Of a DNA stretch of 64,000 nt, positions 54,835-63,011 are shown one piece after another. The DNA lies in NCBI GenBank assembly GCA_946624925.1, contig CAMOSO010000069.1, forward strand, positions 14,170 through 78,169, read 5' to 3'. This stretch comes from an uncultured Bacteroidales bacterium (GTDB lineage Bacteria > Bacteroidota > Bacteroidia > Bacteroidales > UBA3824). The first letter of the stretch is position 1; each line of letters begins with the position of its first letter. The notes under the pieces are model-generated. The model saw only the letters and a list, made by a program, of their open reading frames with translations. It did no database searches and was not told where the DNA came from. The position numbers and the translations under genes are program-made.

Positions 54835-55608
54835 TTACAGACCCTTTTCCAATTTTGCAACATTGAACATTTCGCCGTCGATTTTCAGATCAAATTTCAA
54901 ATCCGAAAAAGTGAGGATTGTTTTGTGTTTTGTCTGCACGTTTTCCATCACCATTTTGCCGCGTGTCCAAAAGCCTTGCACTTGCTTTATGTCGCTGATG
55001 TTCAATACTCTGTGAAGTTTGCCGAGTTTGTCGTAATACTCCACTTTCACGCCCATAAAACAATCCTTGCGAATCCATGAAATGCGTTTAGAATAGATTT
55101 CGCGCTTGTCTTTCGGTACGGATTCCACGACGTAACATTCGTGTCCGTCGATGGTTTCCATCCGCAGAAATTTGTGGTCGTCCTCGTCGATGTTACGGTC
55201 GCCCATATCGTCGTAAGTGAAATCTGTTCCCATAAAATAGTCTGTCTTAGAGGAACTTCCGCTGATTCGGCGAGTCTTTTTGAGGGCGGGCATATAGAGC
55301 CATTTGTCGTCGTCCTTGCCAATTTCGTCGTAATTCCAAGTGAGGAAGCCCGTGCCCTTTACGTCGCCCGGATACGTGAAAAACATCATTGTCTTGGTGT
55401 CCTCGCCGATGTCCATCGCCCACGATTCCACCTTGCGCTCACGTTTGGAGCCGTTGGCCTTTTCCAACACCAAATCCATCTTAGCATAGCGCGTCTCGCC
55501 ATCGGGATTGTCCTTCACTTTCTTAACAATCTCCCTGCCCGTAAGCGTCTGTGCATCAACCGAAAACGCAGTCATCAAAACTGCAATTGCCAATAAAAAC
55601 TTTTTCAT
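54835..55608 (-). CDS. Outer membrane lipoprotein-sorting (LolA-like) protein
   Basis: 257 aa with a signal peptide. GETRYAKMDLVLEKANGSKRERKVESWAM...MFFTYPGDVKGTGFLTW...DDKWLYMPALKKTRRISG...FMGTDFTYDDM. Confidence 0.75.
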   Translation of the reverse strand: MKKFLLAIAVLMTAFSVDAQTLTGREIVKKVKDNPDGETRYAKMDLVLEKANGSKRERKVESWAMDIGEDTKTMMFFTYPGDVKGTGFLTWNYDEIGKDDDKWLYMPALKKTRRISGSSSKTDYFMGTDFTYDDMGDRNIDEDDHKFLRMETIDGHECYVVESVPKDKREIYSKRISWIRKDCFMGVKVEYYDKLGKLHRVLNISDIKQVQGFWTRGKMVMENVQTKHKTILTFSDLKFDLKIDGEMFNVAKLEKGL

Positions 55609-55616
55609 AATATTTT

Positions 55617-55665
55617 GAATTATTAATTACGAATTATGAATTGTGAATTATGAATTATGCATTAT
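55617..55665. repeat. Period-7 AT-rich microsatellite (GAATTAT-type), same family as 12708-13002
   Basis: gaattattaattacgaattatgaattgtgaattatgaattatgcattat. It fills the whole spacer between the MMPL stop (55655-55657, inside the repeat) and the LolA-like start (55608). Confidence 0.9.
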
Positions 55666-58042
55666 CCTCCTCTTTCCCAAACACTTTAAGAACCTTGAAC
55701 AATGCTGGGGTGATGAACAAATCTGCCAAAAGTGCCGACATCAGACCGGCGACGGCGAGTGTGCCGAAGTGTGCAAATTGTATTGCGTCCGAAACAGAGA
55801 AGCCGAGGAATGTGGCGCAAATTATCACCGTGGTCATCACAATCGCCAATCCTGCAACCCTGAACGTCGCTTTTACGCAGTGTTCGTAGTTGCGGCGGCG
55901 GTTAAATTCGAGGTGAGCGTGATTGACAAAATGTATGGTATCATCTACTGCCAAACCCAAAATCATCGGGATTATGCAGGCGGTCATCATATCGAGCGGA
56001 TAACCGAGCCAACCCATTAATCCTCCGACAAATACGGCGGGCGCGAGGTTTGGAATCATGCCAATCAAACCAAGCCTGATGTTGCCAAAAACTATCATCA
56101 ACAAAACGCCGATAATCAGTGCCGAAAGTATCATCGACATCATCTGTCCTCGCGTCAGATATTGCTGCATTACAGTGAATTGCGGTAAATTGCCAACCAC
56201 CGAAAACGCAGCATTTGGGAACAATTCTTTCGCACGATTTTGCAGACGGTTCATTTCGATTTCAATTTCGTTGGAATTGTAGTTGGAAATCTCGATTTGC
56301 AACCTCAGACGGCGGTATTCATAATCCATCCAATATTCGGATTCGGAGCCGCCAGCGTTTTCATATAGGAGCAACAGTTGAGCCACTGCCTCGTTGTTGT
56401 TTGGAATATGATAAAACGCTGTGTCATTGCTGTTTAGCGTGCAGTTCATGTCCTTGATGATGTCCAAAACCGACGAATGTCGTTTGGTGAGCGGATAGTT
56501 TTCAATTTCGTGTTCGAGGGTTTCGAGTTTGATGAGATTTTCAGGCTTTTTGGCGTCGCCCTCCTCCGGCAAAACCACCATCAAATCATACGAATACATC
56601 GTTCCGAGTTCGGTGTCGCAAAGTTCGAGAAATTTGCGTGAATATTCCACCTTCCTGCCCATCGAGCGTTCAACGTCGAAAGCGGGTTCAATCCAATACA
56701 CGCCAATCGCGCAAAACGCTGTAAGTATGACAGATATGACGAGAATTTTCTTTGAATGGTCGAGTACAAAACCGCCAAACCGGTCGAAAAAGTTTGCTGC
56801 CTTGCCTTCAAACGATGTGTCAAACTGTTTGTTGGCGGCGGTGCGTTTGCCGAGCGAGAGGGTTACGGGCGTGAGAATTAGTATTGAAATCAATACCGAA
56901 ACTATTGCTAATGAGGAGTTTATGCCCATTGCTTTCATTGGCACGATGTTCATTGCGAGGAATGTCATCATTGCTGCAATCGTGGTGACGCCCGAAAAAA
57001 TCACGGGCCAAGCGGTTTCGGCGATTGCGTCGATGGCGGCTTGTTTGCGGTCGTGAATTTTCAAAAGTTGCGCACGGAAGAAACTGTAAACGTGTATGTT
57101 ATAAGCGATTGCGACTGCAAATGCCAACATCACCGTTATCATCGTGGTGCTCATATCCAAATAAAGTCCGAGCCAACCAATCGTGCCCATTGCAATGATT
57201 ATCGCCGAAATTGATGTCATTATCGGTATCAAAACTCCTCTTAATGAGCGTGTTACGATGGTCATCACGATTAATGCAACGATAATCGCAATCATCATCA
57301 GACGCGACATTTCAGTTTTGATGTACTGCGCCTTTGCGTAGTTCATATACGGCATACCGGCGATGTTGGGGTTGAGCGGCTTGTATTTGTCTTTGAAACA
57401 GATTTTTATAGCCTCGCGACCTGTCTGATTTTCAGGGGCTTCGAGACCTTCCGCACGCCAAACGCTGTCCGCCGGATAGGGTCGCAATTTCACCAAAATC
57501 CACGACATTGTGCCGTCCTTGCTGACAAGTTTTTTTGATACATATTCCTTGCTGTAAGCCTTGGCGCGGATTGCGTCGAGACCTGCCTTGTCGTCGGGAA
57601 TTTCCTCAGGGACAATCTGTTGCAACTCCATTCCGTCCTCCGTGCCAACCATAAATTCAAGGTCGGTGAGCGACGTGATTTTTTCGGAATAAGCAAGGCT
57701 GTCCATCAGTTCGTTGCTCAGTTCGCGGATGAGGGAGAGGGTCGGCTTGTTGAAAAGTCCGTCCTTATTCTCCACAAGCACAGCAACATAGTAATCGTTG
57801 CCAAAAATGCTCTTAAACTCGTCGGTTTTCAGGAGCATCGGGTCGTCCTTCACAAAATAGGTGTCGAACGATGTTTCAAAATAGATTCTCTTCAATCCCG
57901 CAACCGAAAACACTATCAGCGCAACAAACAACACAAGGACTTTAACCCTGTGATTGACAACCATTTCGCCGAACCTGCGGAATTTTTGATTGATTTTTTC
58001 GATGTTCATTTTTGCAGTATTTTTTATCATTTTATACCGCAA
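55655..58042 (-). CDS. MMPL/RND-superfamily exporter
   Basis: 795 aa with two 6-TM bundles separated by soluble loops, the typical MMPL layout. The start codon is uncertain because there are several Mets in the first 12 codons. Confidence 0.8.
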   Translation of the reverse strand: MRYKMIKNTAKMNIEKINQKFRRFGEMVVNHRVKVLVLFVALIVFSVAGLKRIYFETSFDTYFVKDDPMLLKTDEFKSIFGNDYYVAVLVENKDGLFNKPTLSLIRELSNELMDSLAYSEKITSLTDLEFMVGTEDGMELQQIVPEEIPDDKAGLDAIRAKAYSKEYVSKKLVSKDGTMSWILVKLRPYPADSVWRAEGLEAPENQTGREAIKICFKDKYKPLNPNIAGMPYMNYAKAQYIKTEMSRLMMIAIIVALIVMTIVTRSLRGVLIPIMTSISAIIIAMGTIGWLGLYLDMSTTMITVMLAFAVAIAYNIHVYSFFRAQLLKIHDRKQAAIDAIAETAWPVIFSGVTTIAAMMTFLAMNIVPMKAMGINSSLAIVSVLISILILTPVTLSLGKRTAANKQFDTSFEGKAANFFDRFGGFVLDHSKKILVISVILTAFCAIGVYWIEPAFDVERSMGRKVEYSRKFLELCDTELGTMYSYDLMVVLPEEGDAKKPENLIKLETLEHEIENYPLTKRHSSVLDIIKDMNCTLNSNDTAFYHIPNNNEAVAQLLLLYENAGGSESEYWMDYEYRRLRLQIEISNYNSNEIEIEMNRLQNRAKELFPNAAFSVVGNLPQFTVMQQYLTRGQMMSMILSALIIGVLLMIVFGNIRLGLIGMIPNLAPAVFVGGLMGWLGYPLDMMTACIIPMILGLAVDDTIHFVNHAHLEFNRRRNYEHCVKATFRVAGLAIVMTTVIICATFLGFSVSDAIQFAHFGTLAVAGLMSALLADLFITPALFKVLKVFGKEEDNA

Positions 58043-58128
58043 AATTACCGTGGAATTTTTCTATTTACAATACCGTGAAGTAGGTATTTTAGGTGAGGGT
58101 TTGCACCAACAACAAAAACTGGTTTGTT

Positions 58129-58290
58129 ATGAGTGAGATTTTTGACCATAGCGAAATGTCGGAGGAGGATGTCAAGTATTTGTATATCGCCACCGCTCTC
58201 GAATCCAAATGGGATCCTAAAAAGATTACTATGGAGACAGTGATTTGGAAGGCGGTGAAAAAACTATTATTTTATGTTTCTTTGGCAGTT
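58129..58290 (+). pseudogene. Remnant of a type I restriction enzyme HsdR-type N-terminal domain
   Basis: MSEIFDHSEMSEEDVKYLYIATALESKWDPKKITMETVI resembles the 'SEEDVK..fI.PaL...GWd...I..E' start of HsdR_N-containing proteins. The rest of the tracked ORF runs antisense into the ABC gene and has no recognisable content. Confidence 0.35.
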
Positions 58291-58298
58291 GTAAAGAT

Positions 58299-60080
58299 TC
58301 AAGAAATACTTTCTCCAATTAAAATTCTATCTTCACATTTGTCAATTGCACTTGCATTATGCGATATAATTATCAGTGTTCTATTCTTGTACAAAGTGTA
58401 GATATTATTGAGTACAAATTGTTCCGTTTTGTTGTCTAACGCCGATGTTGCTTCGTCCATAATTAATATCGGACTATTTTTTAGCAATGCCCTTGCAATG
58501 CAGATACATTGTCGTTGACCACCTGACAAAAGTGTACCTCGGTCACCAATTACGGTTTGGTATCCATCGTGCAACGACATTATATAGTCGTAGATTCCCG
58601 CTGTTTTTGTTGCCGCATTTAACTCTGCCTCAGAATAATTATTGTTGCCTAAAACGATGTTGTTTTTTATGGTGTCATTAAACAAAATCTGTTCTTGATT
58701 GATGTAACATACAGCGTTACGCAGTTCTGTGAGGGGAATATTTTTAATGTCGATTCCGGCAATGTTAATAATCCCTGATTTAAAATCTAAGAATCTCAGA
58801 ATGAGTTCTGCAATTGTTGTTTTTCCCACGCCTGTTCTTCCAATTATCGCAAATGGACGATTTTTATAAACAGAAAAACTGAGTTCATCGATGATAGGAT
58901 TATCAGAAACATATTCAAAACTTACGTCTTTAAATTCAATTATTGGTAAAGTGGCTGAATAATTATCAAATGACTTTAAGTGCTGAATTGTTTTTGATTG
59001 CTGAATATTAGATTTGATTTTTAATATTTTATCTATTCGCTCAACAGAGGCTGTGGATTTGCGTATCGCATACGAGGCTTTAAGCATTGAACGCATTGGG
59101 CGTATTATAGAATGAAACACAATCAAATAATATACAAACACCGATGCGTCAAGTATGTAATTCCCTTGTAATACATAACGTCCACCGTACCAAAGCATTA
59201 CAGCAATTACTGTGGTAACAAGAAAGTCAGCAAATGGGAATGCAATAGAATAATGACGGTTCAATCGATTGAAGGCTTTGCGCGTGTCGTCGTTGATATT
59301 TTCAAATTTGTCAATAGTTTTATTTTCGAGATTATAACTTTTTATCACGCGTAATGATGACAACACTTCTTCAAAATGTGCAAGAATTTTGCCTCGAAAT
59401 GCTTGTGCTTTTAATGCGATGTCTTTCATATATACACCCACTTTGAGCACAAAAAAACAGCATATACAAAGCAAAAACACGGCAAATAGTGTCAACTGCC
59501 AAGATATTGAAAACAACGTTGCCAAATATACAATGATACTTACAGGGTTTTCCAATATCATATCTATTGCAGATGCCACACCAAATTCAACTTCTTCTGC
59601 ATCGCTTGTCATTCGTGACACAAAGTCGCCTTTGTTTTCTTTCGCAAAATAACTTGGACTTATTTCGGTGATTTTTTTGAATAGGTCGCCGCGTATGTCT
59701 TTGGCTATTCCTGTTCTTATTGGAATCCTAAAATAATATCCGAAATACGATGTAACATTGTTTAAAAGCGATGTTATAATCAAAAAAACACAAAGCCAAA
59801 TCAGCACAATGTCTGCGCCTTGTACTGAGATTTGTTCCTGCAAATGGTAGAAGATATTGTTTTTAACAGCATCCAAAATATCTGAAAAAGAATCGCAACC
59901 GCCAAGGTCGGTGTATTCAAGTCTTTGGTCGGAAATCCCGAAAAGGATTTTTAAAATTGGAATAATCGCCGCAAAACTAAACACACTCAGTACCGCACTG
60001 ACAATCAACAATATAATGTAAATTATCAGATTGCGTTTATATTTTGGAAGATAACTTCTTACTACTTGCAGAAACCTCAT
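58299..60080 (-). CDS. ABC transporter, fused permease/ATPase (MsbA-type exporter)
   Basis: 593 aa. 6-TM N-half, Walker A GRTGVGKTT, signature LSGGQRQCICIARAL, Walker B ILIMDEATSALD. Confidence 0.9.
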   Translation of the reverse strand: MRFLQVVRSYLPKYKRNLIIYIILLIVSAVLSVFSFAAIIPILKILFGISDQRLEYTDLGGCDSFSDILDAVKNNIFYHLQEQISVQGADIVLIWLCVFLIITSLLNNVTSYFGYYFRIPIRTGIAKDIRGDLFKKITEISPSYFAKENKGDFVSRMTSDAEEVEFGVASAIDMILENPVSIIVYLATLFSISWQLTLFAVFLLCICCFFVLKVGVYMKDIALKAQAFRGKILAHFEEVLSSLRVIKSYNLENKTIDKFENINDDTRKAFNRLNRHYSIAFPFADFLVTTVIAVMLWYGGRYVLQGNYILDASVFVYYLIVFHSIIRPMRSMLKASYAIRKSTASVERIDKILKIKSNIQQSKTIQHLKSFDNYSATLPIIEFKDVSFEYVSDNPIIDELSFSVYKNRPFAIIGRTGVGKTTIAELILRFLDFKSGIINIAGIDIKNIPLTELRNAVCYINQEQILFNDTIKNNIVLGNNNYSEAELNAATKTAGIYDYIMSLHDGYQTVIGDRGTLLSGGQRQCICIARALLKNSPILIMDEATSALDNKTEQFVLNNIYTLYKNRTLIIISHNASAIDKCEDRILIGESIS

Positions 60081-60082
60081 TT

Positions 60083-62572
60083 TCAGAATTCAATTTTGAG
60101 TTTTATACTCCAAGTACGACCAAAAGAATAGAAATAGTAAACTTCATCGTAGTTTACATCGCTGATTTCGGTATCGATGTTTGATGGATTCCAAGCCTTT
60201 TCGATGTAATGAGCATCAAAAACATTGTTCACTTTTGCAGTCAGCACAGCGTTTATCTTGCCAACAGGAAACTTGTATGAAAAACTCATATCCATAAAAT
60301 GAGATGTCGGTATTTTGTAAGGTTCACTTGCTACCATCTCTTTACCAAGCGATAGATTGCCACCAGATAGAGAATAATATGCATAGTTTCTACCGTACAT
60401 ATTATAACAGCCGCTCAAATCTATGTTTTTGCCAATTTTGAAAACTGCGTCCAATGCAGCCGTCGTTTGCGCTGAACCACCAACGTGAATATTTTTCATA
60501 TCTATAACAGCCCAAGCGTGATTATCCGAACCGGCTGACGTAGGTTCGCCGTCAGGAGTGATAGCCTGTCCTTTGGTGTCGTATGCGTAACCTTTAACCT
60601 TGTCATTTTTCCACCGCCAATTGCCGAGCGACAACATTGCCGAAAGGTCAAGCCATTGTACAGGAGTTGCCTTCACATCTAATTCTATGCCTGAATGTAA
60701 TGAATTAACACCGGTCATATTCATATAATATTTTTCTTTGTTGGTGAGTTTGCCTTTTTTGGTCATTGTTTTGTCGATCCATTCGATAAAATACCCACCG
60801 ATATTTGCGCTAAATACCTCGTTTTTAAACCCGTAGCCAATTTCCGTACTGAAAGCCTTTTGATTTTTAGCGTCCTCATTGATGGCGTGTGAGGTGTTTG
60901 CCGACATAAAGACTCCCGCCTTAAATTGCGGAACGCTTGATATGTATCCGATATTGAAATAAACACGGTTTTGGCGATTTGCGTTATAATTTATGCCAGC
61001 CTTGATTGTTCCGCCGGTTAGATTTTTTGTTTCGGAACGCGCATTAGACTTGTCATAATAAAGTCTGTCGTAACGCCAATAACTGTTGAAGTTCATTGAA
61101 CCACCTAAGAAGGCATATAGTTTGTTATTTGAGTAGTCTAATTGTGCGAAAAAACCTTCCTGAATTATATGACTATCGTAGTCACGCTTCACCTTGTCGC
61201 CAACACCTAATTTTTCGTTGACCCAAGAATCATTTGTGGCGTTTCCGTTGTCTTTTTCGGAAACATCGCTTCGTGAATAATCTACGAAATAATTTCCTCC
61301 AAACAAATCCGCTATCTCGTTGGAATGAACGGCTTTACAACTTCTGAAATCAATTCCACCATAGAAATTGAATTTGTTGCCTATCTGTGTGGAATACGTT
61401 GAAATAAGCCCATACCAATCCTGATTGCCAATTTGTTTTGTGAGAATTAGTTCTGAACCATTGGCAGAATTAGCATTTATCTCGTAGATTTTCCCATAAT
61501 CGTAAGTGCCGTCGATGTTTCTGAAAACGGTGTTGAGTTCGCCGTAATTTGCACCGTACATATCGTCTTCGGAAAAGGTTTCGCTATTGGCGAAACCCGA
61601 ATATCCGTTGCCTCGTCCCCAAGTGGCGTAAATGCTTGTACTCAAATTAGATTTGGAATTAATCTGCCAGGTATGGTTGAGCGAGATTTGTGGCTTATGA
61701 TATGTGTTAAAGTCGATTGACTTGCGTTGCCCATTGTAAAATCCATAGTCGGGATTATACCTTCTGTAATCAGTTTCGGTGCTATAATTTGCCTTCACCC
61801 TATGCCATTCAGATTCGGTAAGGGCATTGGAACGTTCGTAGTGTTTAGACGGACTTCCAAAGGCAGTAAAACTGATTTGGTTGTTTGCGTTCAATCGCTT
61901 TGAAACATTCACAAAATAGCAATATGCCTCGAAATCTGTACCTTGTACATACCCATCACCTGTTGTTTTGCTACCGAGAACACTTATCGACCATCCATTT
62001 TGAGTCAGTCCGGAATTTAATGCCAATAACAATTTACTGTATCCATTGTTACCAATCATATAATATGCTGAACCACCTCGTTTGGCATCGTTGCTTTTGG
62101 TAACAATGTTTACTGTACCGCCAACCGAAGGTGTGCTAACTTTGCTTGCGCCAATGCCGCGTTGTGTCTGAATCGAGGCGGCTACGTCGCTTAGGCACGT
62201 CCAATCTGACCAATAAAACGAGCCATTCTCCATATCGTTTCTCGGAACACCGTTGATCATTACGGCAATATTTGAATTGTCGAATCCACGCATCCATATT
62301 TCAGAATCGCCCCAACCGCCACCTTGATTGTTGACGTGGACACCGGGTGTGTTTTTCAAAATCATTGGAAAATCGCTTGAACCAAGTTTGTTTTCAATTT
62401 CAGTGGCGTAAATTGTGCTTACAGCCACAGGTGTTTTTCCATCCTTGGCAGTTTGAGCGGTGATGGTAACGTTGGGAAGTGAACCTCCTTCAATAATGTT
62501 TGTGGAATCAGGCTCTTGTGCAAACAGCAATGTGGGACAGATTGACAATGCAATACTGATTATTTTTTTCAT
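60083..62572 (-). CDS. TonB-dependent receptor
   Basis: Start chosen at MKKIISIALSICPTLLFAQ. Plug FPMILKNTPGVHVNNQGGGWGDSEIWMRGFDNSNIAVMINGVP and TQRGIGASKVSTPSVGGTVNIVTK. C-terminal ...RTWSIKLKIEF. A 2-nt gap separates it from the ABC gene. Confidence 0.9.
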   Translation of the reverse strand: MKKIISIALSICPTLLFAQEPDSTNIIEGGSLPNVTITAQTAKDGKTPVAVSTIYATEIENKLGSSDFPMILKNTPGVHVNNQGGGWGDSEIWMRGFDNSNIAVMINGVPRNDMENGSFYWSDWTCLSDVAASIQTQRGIGASKVSTPSVGGTVNIVTKSNDAKRGGSAYYMIGNNGYSKLLLALNSGLTQNGWSISVLGSKTTGDGYVQGTDFEAYCYFVNVSKRLNANNQISFTAFGSPSKHYERSNALTESEWHRVKANYSTETDYRRYNPDYGFYNGQRKSIDFNTYHKPQISLNHTWQINSKSNLSTSIYATWGRGNGYSGFANSETFSEDDMYGANYGELNTVFRNIDGTYDYGKIYEINANSANGSELILTKQIGNQDWYGLISTYSTQIGNKFNFYGGIDFRSCKAVHSNEIADLFGGNYFVDYSRSDVSEKDNGNATNDSWVNEKLGVGDKVKRDYDSHIIQEGFFAQLDYSNNKLYAFLGGSMNFNSYWRYDRLYYDKSNARSETKNLTGGTIKAGINYNANRQNRVYFNIGYISSVPQFKAGVFMSANTSHAINEDAKNQKAFSTEIGYGFKNEVFSANIGGYFIEWIDKTMTKKGKLTNKEKYYMNMTGVNSLHSGIELDVKATPVQWLDLSAMLSLGNWRWKNDKVKGYAYDTKGQAITPDGEPTSAGSDNHAWAVIDMKNIHVGGSAQTTAALDAVFKIGKNIDLSGCYNMYGRNYAYYSLSGGNLSLGKEMVASEPYKIPTSHFMDMSFSYKFPVGKINAVLTAKVNNVFDAHYIEKAWNPSNIDTEISDVNYDEVYYFYSFGRTWSIKLKIEF

Positions 62573-62905
62573 TTTTTTTATTTGTCGTTTTCCTGTCAAA
62601 TCCCGAAACAGGTACTTTAATATTGTTGATTATAAAAAGACGTGGGATTTTCTTTCGCTACTCGTCCCACTTCCTTAGGCCTTGGTCTTGCCCGATTGTC
62701 AGAAACGAGCAACACCGAAAGCCCCACGCTTATGTATGTAACAGACCATTACGGTCTGAGATAATACATACCGTTGGGGCATTACAATGTTGCTTTGTAT
62801 ATGACAATCAGTTTTGAAACGACCAAGTTTCGGGAAGTCAAAACAAAGCGTAAAAGTAACGCCTTTTATATTTTATTACGCCCGTCATACAAACGGCGGA
62901 CTTCA
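62573..62905 (-). promoter_or_regulatory. Long structured 5' leader of the TonB-receptor/ABC operon (candidate riboswitch or other cis-regulatory RNA; class not identified)
   Basis: About 330 nt lie between a TAAATTTG box and the ATG. A 60-nt imperfect hairpin spans 62721-62780 (stems GCCCCA, TATGTAT, CAGACC). A terminator-like hairpin GGAAGTGGGA...TCCCACGTCT plus TTTTTATAA is at ~62637-62680 on the minus strand. Confidence 0.3.
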
Positions 62906-62910
62906 CGTTG

Positions 62911-62918
62911 CAAATTTA
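62911..62918 (-). promoter_or_regulatory. Candidate -7 promoter box TAnnTTTG (TAAATTTG on the minus strand)
   Basis: Plus strand reads caaattta. It would place the transcription start near 62900. Confidence 0.3.
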
Positions 62919-62981
62919 ATGATAATTTTTGTGAATAGAAAAAAATTGGAGAAAAAAAGAAATAATTTAATTATTAATTAC

Positions 62982-62989
62982 TACCTTTG
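62982..62989 (+). promoter_or_regulatory. Candidate -7 promoter box TAnnTTTG (TACCTTTG)
   Basis: 23 nt upstream of the ATG at 63012. Confidence 0.3.
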
Positions 62990-63011
62990 CCATAACAAAA
63001 CTTACAGCAAT

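Noticed and set aside
58093-58401. The tracked 102-aa ORF as an intact gene.
   Set aside because: Only the first ~45 residues after the internal Met resemble a known domain (HsdR_N-like). The remainder overlaps the 3' end of the convergent ABC transporter gene and reads like antisense translation. It is treated as a remnant.
62740-62780. TPP riboswitch, suggested by a CUGAGA motif (plus strand ggtctgagataat). A similar CUGAGA occurs at 51891-51897.
   Set aside because: At 62750 the motif is on the wrong strand for the downstream operon, and the obligatory ACCC...GAACCUGAUC...GGGA elements are absent. At 51891 the motif is simply part of a terminator stem after coaE.
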